32,014 nt of DNA from Octopus bimaculoides. Its lineage: Eukaryota. Made by a program: the position numbers and the translations under genes. The stretch spans positions 57,816,508 to 57,848,521 of the forward strand of contig NC_068983.1 of NCBI RefSeq assembly GCF_001194135.2, written 5' to 3'. Each line of letters starts with the position of its first letter. Position 1 is the first letter of the stretch. This document shows, piece after piece, positions 10,655 through 21,580 of this stretch. The notes under the pieces are model-generated. The model saw nothing but the letters and a program-made list of their open reading frames with translations, had not been told where the DNA came from and did not search any database.

Positions 10655-10941
10655 CTGTCTTATATATATTTGTTGATCCATGTGATAAAGAAAAATGTAG
10701 TTTTTATGTACAGAGCCGGAGAAAGCACGATCTTCTGATACTGTGACTAACACTGCAATAAGGAGTTTGGTGGAACATGGTCTGTAACCTAGGAAGGATC
10801 TACTAATCGGCAGGCAACTACCCGTATGATAATCATCCATAAACAAGAAGACACCATTGTGCACCCAACAGGTGACAAGGCCTCCAATTTCTCAATTTGC
10901 AGTGCTTTACGGCTGTTGCTTAATTCAACTATTTCCATTTC

Positions 10942-11124
10942 AGTTCTATATTTAAGAGATGAGGAATTATGTACATTATTTACATTATTTACATTTGACA
11001 GATATTTGTCCTCATCTTGCTTGTTGTTAACACAACGTTTCGGTTGATATACCATCCATATGGCGTAGTGGTTAAGAGTGCGGGCTACTAACCCCAAGAT
11101 TCCCAGTTTGATTCCAGGCAGTGA

Positions 11125-11163
<39 letters not shown>

Positions 11164-11302
11164 CATCGTAAAATGCCTTAGGAATGACAACCCAGGTTCG
11201 AAATTTCCTCAAGATACCTGATGAAGGCTGGAGAGTATATCAGCTGAAACGTTGTGTTAACAACAAACAAGATGAGGACAAATATCCGTGAAATGTAAAT
11301 AA
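10942..11302 (+). mobile_element. Non-autonomous retroelement: inverted terminal copy + tRNA-like head + (AAT)n + hammerhead-bearing Penelope-like terminal repeat; 12-bp TSD
   Basis: TATTTCCATTTC at 10930-10941 and 11303-11314. Arm 10984-11058 is the reverse complement of 11229-11303 (7 mismatches in 75 nt). A box TGGCGTAGTGG at 11061-11071, B-box-like CAGTTTGATTCC at 11104-11115, (AAT)n at 11129-11162. A second copy lies at 31545-31680. Confidence 0.85.
11213..11258 (+). ncRNA. Minimal type I hammerhead ribozyme motif (Penelope-like class)
   Basis: GATAC-CTGATGA-A-GGCTG-GAGAGTATAT-CAGCT-GAAAC-GTT-GTGTT. Stem I and II pair (with G-U wobbles), stem III is the palindromic ACGT, and predicted cleavage is after the GUU at 11253. 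Confidence 0.75.
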
Positions 11303-11487
11303 TATTTCCATTTCGCAGAGTGTTCCACTCGCCACTTCTCAGTTAAAGTGCTTTTAAAGCAGAAGCCGTACTCCTGACTGAAATCCAATCCCCAGTTGCA
11401 CGTTCTCAATAAAATTCACTAAAACGTACTCTGAGTAACGTCTTCAGTGATTTCTCCATCAGTAGGCACATAATGTAAACTCTAATC

Positions 11488-11942
11488 TAGTGTTTCCCAA
11501 CATGGAGCATATGCCCCACTGGTGGGGTGTGGGAAAATTGGGGTGGGGCATGCGTTAGCATGGGTTGTGAAAATATTTGCAAGTGACTTGAGCGCGCACT
11601 TATGTGTCCTCAGCCTATCTTTGGACATTGAAATGAAAGAAAAACTTTGCCATGTAGTATTTATACTTAAACCATGGGAATCGATGTAGCTATGACCAAT
11701 CAGCATACTGAGTGAAGTATCTGCGTTTGTTAGGCGTTTGTTTCTCTGTTTCAATATCTATTGTCCAGTGTCAAGCATTCATAAAAGCAGTAGTGAACTC
11801 CGATCACTATTGAGTTGAGGTATCCGTCAGCCAGGTAATTGAATTGAAGATCGTGTTTCTATATTAAAAAAAGGATTGATGGGCACCAGATTTTTTGTTA
11901 TAAAAATGTGGGGCACTGGAAAAAAAAGGTTGGGAAACACTG
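11488..11942. mobile_element. hAT (Charlie-type) MITE
   Basis: TIRs TAGTGTTTCCCAAC and GTTGGGAAACACTG. Perfect 8-bp TSD CTCTAATC at 11480-11487 and 11943-11950. Confidence 0.92.
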
Positions 11943-12599
11943 CTCTAATCCCTTCCCCATCAGTGTAATCTTAAAGCATGGCACATTGGGCGGTTGTATG
12001 GGGCCCTGCAGGTATAGGAGTCCAGTTCTACATTATGCATACCATAGCTTACAGTCAATAAGCATTATAGGGCCGATTACAATGATTTACTCAGAGATCT
12101 ATAATGCTGCTGAGACGGCCTTGTCCGCCATTCAACTTTGTGTCAGCAACACAGGCTTTCTGTTGCTCTGGCTCAAAGCCATTTTCCTTTATTTTCATGA
12201 CATATCTACTGTTTTTTTACAATTTTCTGAACTCCCACAACGCCGAACAATTGTGCAATCATCCCTCGTTCAGGATCAAGGACATTAACCCTTACTTCAA
12301 CCAATTTTGAATTCATAGCCCTCTGTCACTTTGTCAGTTAAAACTCTAATTAGTTCTTGTACTCTGCAACCGGTACCGATGAAAAGACTGAATATTTTGC
12401 AATCCTAAACTTTCTATAACAATTATTTTCTTAATTAATTCGTACACACATACAAAAAATACTAAATCTCAGAATGTCTGACAACTATCAAATCATGGCT
12501 GCCTATGATCATTGACATACGGTGCTGACCACAAGCTTCGGAACTCTAAATCAGTTAAGTTTGAGCTCCTCGTGTTTTCTCCAAGGTATCATTGACAGC

Positions 12600-13300
12600 A
12601 TAGTTGCTTCTCTCAGACTTGTCTAAGATGGATGTTGACCGAAATCATCTCCTGAACAATGTACCTTCAAAACACATAACCCAAACTACTCAAGTGTGTC
12701 ATGCCTATGTGCTGGAGCAATACTGATAAAGAACGGTTATACAACGCCTAGAAAAATTGCTGACAGGGTAACCGTTTCCCCACTAATGCATCTCTTGTAC
12801 GATTGTGACCTATAACAGAATACACCATCGTACCCTATATGGACTGCAAGGTCTTCCACTTCCCAAATTTCAGAGACTCCATTAGGACTCTTGTCGAAAT
12901 GATCTAAGCCAACTTTGTAGAATGCTCCAATCGCCATTCGTTAGCTAAAATGCTCATAGGGCAGATACAGCACAGCTTCACTTGAGTCAAGTTTCAGATT
13001 GCATACTCGATAAATTCCAATAAAACTTTCCTCCTTCGCTCCACCATTTGGTATGACTATAGATACACACCAAGTTCAAAACACTTTCGGTCTTTCCAAC
13101 CCAACGAAGCCATGAATTCTGACAGGTTTCTTTCCTTACCCTCAAACAGATCTAGGATTTATCTTCGTCGGGTTCTTCAAAATTTTTATTTCTAAAGCGT
13201 ATCGTATCCAAAATCTTTCGAAACCTGTAGCATTCTAAATGAGAGCAATCTCTCTGACCCGACCAGCTATCGAACTCACATTCTCCCATGTCACTTGTTA
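12600..13300 (+). pseudogene. Possible highly degenerate non-LTR retrotransposon RT C-terminal remnant
   Basis: Broken-frame peptides (WSNTDKERLYN; FQRLH*DSCRNDLSQL) loosely resemble the post-RT region of L2/Jockey-like LINEs. Many stops and frameshifts, so the identification is weak. Confidence 0.25.
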
Positions 13301-13778
13301 AATATTACAGCAACATTCATTATTATCAATTAGCTACTCCGACATCTCGTGTAGCTTTACCTCCACATTATTACCCTGTAACGTTTTTAATATTTCATTC
13401 CTAATTTATAATTCTCTATGCTGACTGACAATTAAGTTTATGGAAATTACTTTATGAAGTTGATGAATAAGTTTATGGAAATTAGATTATTGCTGCTTTT
13501 TATGGCCTTTCTTGCCAAATAAGTGCGAGTCTTGCCTATACATCATTTACTGTAAAGAGTAAATAATGGCTTGATAACTCATCTTCATATATTTTCTTTG
13601 ATAAAATTAGTTAAAACTGAAGGCAAAATGTAAATAACCAGGTATTTCTAATTGTTTAGCTTAGCTCGCATCATATAGTAAAAAAAGTAAACTCTATGCT
13701 AACCAACAACGAAACATCTATACCTTCGGTATACTGTAGAAATGACAGCTAAATCTCCCTCAACCACATTTTAGGGAC

Positions 13779-13993
13779 TTAACCCTTTTGTTAATATATA
13801 TCTGTTTAAATACACTATTTTTGTTTTATTTGATTTTGAAAAGAATGTTAAATTTAGTAAAACAACTTTGCCATTAATTAAGCTCGTATTTGAAATATAT
13901 ATTAGCATGAAATGTTGATGGAGGGATTTAATTTCAATCACTTTAAAACAGTCTGAATTGGGGATAGTTTCAGGGTATTTTTGATTATGTTAA
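13779..13993 (+). mobile_element. piggyBac-like MITE (TTAA-CCC start)
   Basis: TTAACCCTTTTGTT at 13779 and TTAA at 13990-13993. The body is the reverse complement of the three copies at 23880-24546. Confidence 0.7.
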
Positions 13994-14055
13994 TCTCTGA
14001 AAGACAAAATATTCAGCCGGTCACAGCCAGACACCTTTGATTAATAGCCCGCTTG

Positions 14056-14159
14056 NNNNNNNNNNNNNNNNNNNNNNNNNNNNNNNNNNNNNNNNNNNNN
14101 NNNNNNNNNNNNNNNNNNNNNNNNNNNNNNNNNNNNNNNNNNNNNNNNNNNNNNNNNNN
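14056..14159. other. Assembly gap
   Basis: Run of N. Confidence 1.
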
Positions 14160-14299
14160 GGGGGGGGGGGGTTATATAATAAAACATAAAATCTAGATAA
14201 ACTAGATCTGCTATCTACTTTAATTCTTAGAGTTACTTTTGTTTAATCTACTCCGCTAATACCACCTTTCCTCATATGAAGCATAAACATATAATATAT

Positions 14300-14490
14300 G
14301 CCTTTTAACATTCATCTTCCATGCTGGAAAATGTTGGCTGCTTTGACAGGATCCACTGAGCTCAAGAACTGTATCATCTTCCAATCTCGATTTTCGTGTG
14401 GTTTCTATTGCTGGATGGCCTTCATACACCTACAGAGGATACGTGGTGGGTTCCCCCCCCCCCATTTTTTCAAGGTACCAGCCTTAGTAA
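14300..14490 (-). mobile_element. Degenerate RTE-type 3' end repeat (family D-like)
   Basis: TTTAACATTCATCTTCCATGCTGG...GCTGGATGGCCTTC is the reverse complement of the family D tail. Confidence 0.55.
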
Positions 14491-15210
14491 GATCTATAAA
14501 ATTATGTAGTACGAATATCGTTCTAGATTTTTCAAACTAATATTTGGATGAAGATTTTTTTTAAAAATATTTTTCTTGTTATTTCTAAATGAATATCAAT
14601 GCAAATTTGAATATAATTTGTTAAAGATGTCAAAACATCTTGTTGTTTACATCAATGAGATTAGAGAAAGAAACCATTACCTTGTGTGCGTGACTGAACC
14701 CAGCTTCTCACTTAATTAACGTTTGGAGACCCAACGTTTACCAAGTAACAACGTAAACACAAAGCCTGATTCGTGATTAATTCCTGTTACTAGTAATAAT
14801 AATAATAATAATATTCAAACAGACTTCAATGAGAAAATCATTATCAGATTTTGATGAATTACACATTTTATTTTCACTGACATTTTGGAACTAGTCTTGC
14901 ATCTAAAGCTGAATTCTATGTAGAGAGAAGAATCATCTAAAATCTCTCAAGTTGAGATATTCACTGAGAAGGAGTTTATAAACTGTAATTCTTGAAATTT
15001 TATCTTAAATATTTTTTGAGGTTTGTTTTTTACAGAAATTATTTTTTTAATGTGAATTACACAAATGTTATAATCAAATGAATTCAGAATTATCTGTTGT
15101 TATGGAGGAAATTTTGAAGCTTTAACTTAGTGTTTTGTGGATAAATCATTTTATATTCACTCTAAGATATTCTGAATGCTTATCTCTCACTCTTAATATC
15201 TTTGCATTTA

Positions 15211-15782
15211 AAGGTATCGTGCTGGCAGAATCATTACAGCATCAGACAAAATGCTAAGTGGCACTTATGGATCTATACATCACGAGTTCAAATTCTGACA
15301 AGGTTGTCTTTGCCTTTCATCTCTTTTGTGTTGATAATACTATAGGACTGGAGGCGCAATGGCCCAGTGGTTAGGGCAGCGGACTCGCGGTTTCGATTCC
15401 CAGACCGGGCGTTGTGAGTGTTTATTGACCAAAAACACCTAAAGCTCCACGAGGCTCCGGCAGGGGATGGTGGCGAACCCTGCTGTACTCTTTCACCACA
15501 ACTTTCTCTCACTCATACTTCCTGTTTCTGTTGTGCCTGTAATTCAAAGGGTCAGCCTTGTCACACTGAGAACTATGTTAAGGGTACACATGTCTGTGGA
15601 GTGCTCAGCCACTTGCACGTTAATTTCACGAGCAGGCTGTTCCGTTGATCAGATCAACTGGAACCCTCGACGTCGTAAGCGATGGAGTGCCAACAATAGG
15701 ACCAATTGGGTACCACAAGGGTCAATATCCTTGACTAATACCCTTCCCTAAAACTGCTAGCCATGTACCAAATTTTGAAACC
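15211..15782 (+). mobile_element. SINE family A, degenerate, split by nested family C SINE
   Basis: GCTGGCAGAATC..GAGTTCAAATTC..TGCCTTTCATC before 15342, continuing to ..TTTTGAAACC after 15702. Confidence 0.7.
15349..15695 (+). mobile_element. tRNA-derived SINE (family C)
   Basis: A box TGGCCCAGTGG at 15360, B box GGTTTCGATTCCC at 15389, CpG-rich body, CAACAA end. TSD ATAGGAC at 15342-15348 and 15696-15702. Confidence 0.9.
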
Positions 15783-15789
15783 ATGGTAA

Positions 15790-15950
15790 TGATTGGCAGA
15801 CTCGTTAATACATCAGGCAAAATGTGTTGCAGCATTTCTTTCAGCTTTTTACATTCTAAGTTCAAAATTACCCCAGGATCAGCATTGCCTTTTATCCAGT
15901 AAGTACCAGTTGAGAACTGGTATTGATATAATTGACTAGCTACCTTTCCC
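15790..15950 (+). mobile_element. SINE family A, degenerate with deletion
   Basis: TGGCAGACTCGTTAA..TCTAAGTTCAAA..TAAGTACCAGTTGAG. Confidence 0.55.
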
Positions 15951-16239
15951 ACCTACCTGAAGTAGAAAGAATTATTTTAATTTTATTTTCATGTAATATA
16001 TTAGACAACTTCATTTGAAATTTTCTTACACTTGTTTCTGCTTTAATCCTCTGAATTTTATCTAGTTTCACATTCTTTATCCTTTGATCCTCCTTAGATG
16101 AAGCAATATACAGATTTAAAATTTATGTATTTTTACTGAATTTCCCATATATTTAAAGAATAAAATCAACTTCATCTAGCTCTTCAATCCTGTGGATTTG
16201 GTTTGATACCAGCTAAAACTTGGTTCTATTTAAACTGCT

Positions 16240-16455
16240 TCAGCTCTTTAGCATTTAAATCATCCATATTCAGCTCAGTATTGTACCTGTTTTAAGTTCA
16301 CACTATCCAGGTCTTGCATCTCATACCTACCCTACAATGTCAATCTCTAAATATACACGTCATTCAAATCTCCAAACTACAAGATAATGCTTCATTAGTT
16401 CAAAATAATATGAATAAGCATTACCTTTGAGAAAGTACTCTGGATGTTAAAGGAC
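16240..16455 (+). mobile_element. piggyBac-like MITE, second family, degenerate
   Basis: CCTACCCTACAATGTCA, AAGATAATGC and AATAAGCATTAC blocks are reverse-complement homologous to 30736-30932. Confidence 0.55.
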
Positions 16456-16602
16456 TATTACTTCACCCATATTCGTAATCCTTATGTTTTTGAGGTAATT
16501 TTTACTTTCTAGACAACAGCTTAAGTATTTGATTTAGAAGAGTATATGTACAGTCATCTTCTAAGATTAAGTTTTGTCTTGAAAATTGTATCAACTATTT
16601 TT

Positions 16603-16880
16603 AGTGCTGCTGGACTGGCTCCTGTGCAGGTGACACGTGAAAAAACACCATTTTGAAATTGGCCGTTGCCAGGACCGCATGAGTGGCCCTCGTTCCGGTG
16701 GCATGTAAAAGCACTCACTACACTTTCGGAGTGGTTGGCGTTAGGAAGGGCATCCAGCTCTAGAAACCCTGCCAGATCAGATTGGAGCCTGGTGCAACCA
16801 TCTGGTTTGCCAGTCCTCAGTCAAATTGTCCAACCCATGCCAGCATGGAAGGCGGACGTTAAACGATGATGATGGTGATG
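16603..16880 (+). mobile_element. RTE-type 3' end repeat (family D)
   Basis: Two ~66-bp units followed by the TTAGGAAGGGCATCCAGC..GGACGTTAAACGATGATGAT tail, as at 5455-5824. Confidence 0.85.
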
Positions 16881-16901
16881 ACCAGCTCTGAGATCGGCCA
16901 T

Positions 16902-17320
16902 ATCATTTAGCGTTCCCTTTTCTATGCTTACATGGGTCAAACTGTTTAGGCAAATTTTCTATGACCACATGACCTTCATTTTGCCAACCCTCACCTTGCT
17001 TTCCAAATAAGGTAATATGATCCATTAGCAGACATTTGTTACAAAAGCAAGAAATGAGTAACCTCACTTGTACAACAGTGATGCTCATTAACTACCCTCA
17101 TATGATGTCAAGACAAGGGTACACTCACACACACACATATATATGCACATATATACAATGGGCTTTCAGATATTTCCTGTCTACTAAATTCACTCATAAG
17201 GCATTGATCACCCTGGGGTAATTGTAGAAAATACTTGTCCAAAGTGCCATGCAGTAGGATTGAACATCAATCCATGTAGTTGCAGAGAGAGTTTCTTAAC
17301 CACACACCCATTCCTGTATC
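16902..17320 (-). mobile_element. SINE family E, degenerate
   Basis: TAAGGTAATAT, GTGATGCTCATT and GGATTGAAC blocks shared with 2073-2444 and 26813-27238. Confidence 0.7.
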
Positions 17321-17460
17321 TAGGATGTCACATTCAAAAGAACTGGGATAAAATTTACTTTTAGTTCAATCTGTTATTGTTGAGTCACCTCAGGCCGACA
17401 CGAAGGAGTCGCTATGATCAGAAATATTTTAAATGTTATCCAACGTCTGATTTTTAATAT

Positions 17461-17941
17461 AACTAGCCTCGACGTCACCCTTCAGGTGGCATTCTGGATG
17501 GCTTCTGTGGAGGGCACCTCTGAGGCTTTTGGCTCCATTATGTGCTAAACACTGACACTGATCATAGTTTAATCAATAAGCACAAGAGCAAGGTAAATGC
17601 AGTAAAAATAGGAGGTTCAGTGGGGCCCCATTTAACTGGCCCTTCAGAAATTGAACCTCCTTACAATACTCCCTGAGAGTTCACGGTATGAAATTCATTA
17701 TCAATGCTCTGATTTCGTTGCCAATGCCATGAATTTAGTTTAAAATGTAGTAAAAATAGAGGCGTCAGTGAGGCTCCAATTAGGCGGCCCTTAAAAAAAC
17801 ACACACACCCTTAGGGACATTCATTGGGATTAGGGGAATTGCTGGTTTGAGTTTCATTGTCCTTGCACCAACAGCTTAGGAGGGTTAACGAACATAAAAA
17901 CGTAACAGACAGAGAAACGTAACTCAAATTTATATTGAGAT
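17461..17941 (+). mobile_element. Possible non-autonomous Helitron-type element
   Basis: AACTAGC start, and ACAGACAG plus TTTATATTGAGAT near the end, resemble Lep1-like non-autonomous Helitron ends. Internal ~47-bp direct repeat at 17598-17644 and 17746-17792. Confidence 0.4.
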
Positions 17942-18001
17942 TATGTATAATTTTAGAGAGAAATACTTATTTATTTTGTTTTTTGTATGTTGAGTAAAAA
18001 T

Positions 18002-18217
18002 ATTGGTTTCAAGTCTTGATATAAGGTCATCCTTTTTGGATAAGGGGTTAAGTCAATTACATGAACTCCAGTACATGACTGGTACTTATTTTATCAACCC
18101 TGAGAGGATGAAAGTCAAAGCTGACCTCAGCATGATTTGAACTCAGAATGTAAAGATGGATGACATACTACTAAGCATTTTGCCTGGTGTGCTAATTATC
18201 CTACCACCTCGTTACCT
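18002..18217 (-). mobile_element. SINE family A, degenerate
   Basis: CTGGTACTTATTTTATC..GGATGAAA..TTTGAACTCAGAATGTAAAG. Confidence 0.75.
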
Positions 18218-18239
18218 TAGATTAAGTCAAACAAATATT

Positions 18240-18423
18240 TTAAAATTTTGGCACTAGGCCAGCAATTATCGGGGAAATGGGTAAGCCAGTTAGATCGATC
18301 CCCAGTGTTTAACTGGTACTTATTTTATTGACCCTGAAAGGATGAAAAGCAAAGTCGACCCCAAATGAGATGCAGCTAAGTATTTTGTCCAGCATGCTAA
18401 CGATTCTTCCAGCTCACTGCCTT
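18240..18423 (-). mobile_element. SINE family A with internal deletion
   Basis: ATCGATCCCCAGTGTTTAACTGGTACTTA..GGATGAAAAGCAAAGTCGACC..CCAGCTCACTGCC. Confidence 0.8.
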
Positions 18424-18520
18424 GGGTTGAAAAAAAGATATTGCAAACGTTTTTTGATTTAGATACAGCAAACAGATTTCAAGAGCCTAAAAAAATCCGC
18501 TATGAAGGCTAACAAGTTTT

Positions 18521-18914
18521 TTATTCTTTTACTTGTTTCAGTCATTTCACTGCGGCCATGCTGGAGCACTGCCTTTAGTTGAACAAATCGACCCAGGACT
18601 TATTCTTTGTAAGCTTAGTACTTATTCTATTGGTCTATTTTACCGAAATGCTAAGTTACGGGTACGTAAACACGCCAACATCTGTTGTGAAGCAATGGTA
18701 GGGAAACAAACACACACACACACACACATATACATATATATGTATATATATATATATGGCGGACTTCTTTCAGTTTCCATCTACCAAATCCACTCACAAA
18801 GCTTTGGTCTGCCCGAGACTATAGTAGAAGACACTTGCCCAAGGTGCCGCGCAGTGAGACTGAACCCGGAACAATGTGGTTGGTAAGCAAGCTTCTTACC
18901 ACACAGCTGCACCT
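18521..18914 (-). mobile_element. SINE family B, near full length
   Basis: Colinear with 70-454. A short repeat of the 5' end (CTTACCACACAGC) occurs at about 18943-18955. Confidence 0.9.
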
Positions 18915-19001
18915 CCTTATTATACAGCCACTCTTTTGCTTTCTTACCACACAGCCACTATTAATGGATTATAATTTACTATTCCACCAATAATCTCTCA
19001 C

Positions 19002-19176
19002 CATTGTCATACAGATTATAGTAGCCTCCAGCTTGTAGCAAAGCATCATTGTAGATCCGTCTTGTATAAGTATTGTAAATTTCATTGAAGTGTTTTTGAA
19101 ATTGCCAGTATATTCTCGGGTTACCCAATTTGTAAGGCACTGGATTTATTTGGCAAATTTTGCTTTTGTTTTTCAT
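19002..19176 (-). CDS. Candidate coding exon of unknown product (MKNKSKIC..RIYWQFQKHFNEIYNTYTRRIYNDALLQAGGYYNLYDN)
   Basis: 58 open codons in unique DNA ending at a G|GTGAGA donor (GT at 19001-19000). Alternative A-rich acceptor at 19140 gives a 138-nt phase 1-1 exon. No family recognised. Confidence 0.3.
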
Positions 19177-20204
19177 AATTGTATCAATTTCAGTTAAAAG
19201 TTATGATGTTAGGATGCTTCCTGGGAATATAAATGTCTGAGGAATTTAAGATTCTCCAGTTGCTTTAGAAACAAGGTTTTATCAGATTCATGTCATGTGA
19301 ATTGCATGAAATAACTGGAATTCAATTGAAATTCAAAATCCCTGACATGATTAGAATTTAAAGAAAAATGAAGAAATCTTAGAATTTTGATATTGATTTT
19401 TTTTTCCTGATTGTTTTTGTAGGACTAACATTAAAATTTTCTTAGATATTTATGTTTCTTTTCTATTTTTCAACCATTTTAAAAAACTTTTGTAGTAATT
19501 AAATATTTAAAAATTGATCACTCCCAAACAATTATGTGCCTGCACTTTCCAATTTCTGTAACCATTATTTCAACAAAGTACAAAGTATACTCTGCTGTTG
19601 ATCCAGTGTTAAGAATGGGAAGTGCCATAATCCTTGACATAGGAAAGATGTTATCAAGATGAGAAAGTGAACTTGAGTACTTCAGGATAACCCTGACAAT
19701 GATTTTAATTAAAAATGAATGTGTTACTTTATATTCAATAATGCAATGTAACAATGTTGCAATAACATTTGGCTTTATTTTAGACTGTTGGGTCATAACT
19801 TGGCAGAGCCATCATGACAAATTAGATTTTTGAAAGAAATTTATTAGATTTTCATATACCAGTACATATGGTTAACATCATATGTACATTAATTAAAACA
19901 TGTACACACAATTATACAAACGTACACCCAAGAAGTAGGCTATAGTTTAAAGTGCAGCATTCTCATCATTCACAAACACAATTTCTCATATATTTGGTAT
20001 AACTATTTCAGTTTTGAAGAAGACAGTTGCATAAAAAGACAGTATCTTTGAAGATGAGGAAGGAGTCATAGAACCTGCCAACTGATGACAAATAAAAGAT
20101 TTGTTTCTCAGACTATTGAGTGAAAGTTTCATAGCAGTAAATTTTTTACGTATTGTGTTCATTTCTGAAGATAGGTTTTTTTTATACTTTCTATATTTTT
20201 ATAT

Positions 20205-20450
20205 GATTCAAGAATGGAGCAGAGTGAATGATGTGATTGCAGAATACTAAAAGCACAATTTCCGCTAGGCCAGACATGTCACAAGGTTCCAAGACAACAG
20301 GTGGAGCCATGCAGTTGCCAAATGGTATCCAAGAGATTGGAAAAGACCACTTGAAAGAGCCTCCATGACAATGAGAAGATGGCATGGTTAAGCAATTTGG
20401 GTCAAGATGGAAAATAATGGTGCAGACAGAATTGGAAGTGCATTGTGACC
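20205..20450 (+). pseudogene. RTE-clade LINE, decayed 3' ORF fragment
   Basis: Translates SRVNDVIAEY*KHNFR*ARHVTRFQDNRWSHAVAKWYPRDWKRPLER, matching the RTE pattern WAGHVAR..DNRW...W.P...KRP.GRP, with two stops. Confidence 0.8.
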
Positions 20451-20455
20451 AGTGA

Positions 20456-20635
20456 TGTAAAACAGTGTAGTGGTCTAGGTAGTTAAATATTTGAATGATC
20501 TCCCTTGCAAGAAAGATTATAGAGTAACTTCCCTTTTCTAAGTTTCCTGAGGCAATTGTGTTATGAGATATGATTCTTAATTATTCAAGAAGCTTAGAGT
20601 TTCTCTTGGAAGTTTCTAGAATGCCTGGTGTTACA
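20456..20635 (-). mobile_element. LTR-like ~180-bp repeat (TG...CA bounded); homologue of 2562-2728
   Basis: Minus strand begins TGTAACACC and ends TTTTACA. High similarity to 2562-2728. No TSD. Confidence 0.6.
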
Positions 20636-21293
20636 TTAATAAAAACAGCTTGCTAACTGTTCTTCGTTTCTTAGTCGATTAGACTTAAAGCCATTCACAT
20701 CATTGCTATGTCCGTCTATTTCTCTATGCCACATGACTGAAAACCACCACTTAGCTGTTATTTCTACATTATCTATCTCTGAACTTTCTTGTGTAGATTA
20801 CTTCATTCAAATAGATTCTACATTTTAATTCCATGTAACATCATCGACCAGTAAATAAAATATATTTTTATGCCGTAAATATTGAATTTATTCTTCATCT
20901 CTTTATGAACTCTTGTAATAATATACATGCAGCCACATTAACACCTTGTGCTGACCATATATTCCCACTACAACAGTATCTGACAGTCTGCTCAATATGG
21001 TGATACTATAATTTCTGAGAGTACTGAATGGAAGTTCATAGCAGCAGAATTTTTATGTATTGAGTACATTTCTGAAGATAGGTTTTTACTTTCTATGTTT
21101 ATGTGGGAAAAAAAGATATTATAATAACTTCATTATAAATGCAATAACTTTCGGTTGCAAAATTGGTTTAGTTATAATCTTGAAGTTCAGAAGCAGATAA
21201 CTTTAAATCCTAAATAAATCCATAACAATTATAACGATGATTTATAATGTTTCCAATTTTTTTTTATAATGCCTGGAAATAAACAATGACAGT

Positions 21294-21580
21294 CAGTGGC
21301 GGACTGACTCTAAAAATATTGGCTACCAGGAGACTAAGGGGACCCACCCACAACTACAAGGGGGCCCACCTGCAACTACAATGCTATTAATAAAATTTTT
21401 ATTTTATTTGTTAAAAGTATTCTTTTCAACTGTCTACAAACACATTCAGACTGAAATAATTGATGCATTCTTCCAGGAGTGAAAAGAAATTCTCAAACGT
21501 GAGGGGATGGGCCCCCATATATGGATTCAAATGACGCAGGGGCCCACTTGCCATCAGGCAACCTGGCCAATCAGCTACCG
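21294..21580. mobile_element. hAT-type MITE, diverged
   Basis: Left TIR CAGTGGCGGACTGA, degenerate right TIR CCAATCAGCTACCG. 8-bp TSD ATGACAGT (21286-21293) and ATGACAAT (21581-21588). Confidence 0.65.

Noticed and set aside
11058-11128. Possible tRNA gene (anticodon-like ACT); likewise the heads at 9827 and 15349
   Set aside because: Arms pair poorly, there is no acceptor stem, and each is fused to a repeat body. These are retroelement Pol III heads.
11417-11449. Short palindrome with CTGAAGA on the minus strand
   Set aside because: No GAAAC after the hairpin; cannot be supported as a ribozyme.
20082-20107. CTGATGA followed by a CAAAT/ATTTG hairpin
   Set aside because: The hairpin is followed by TTTC, not GAAA, so the second core box is absent.
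20636-20800. Minus-strand frame ITAKWWFSVMWHRE resembling the W-x4-W loop of Cys-loop receptors
   Set aside because: No other family motif, no good splice acceptor, and an upstream in-frame stop; the similarity is too thin.
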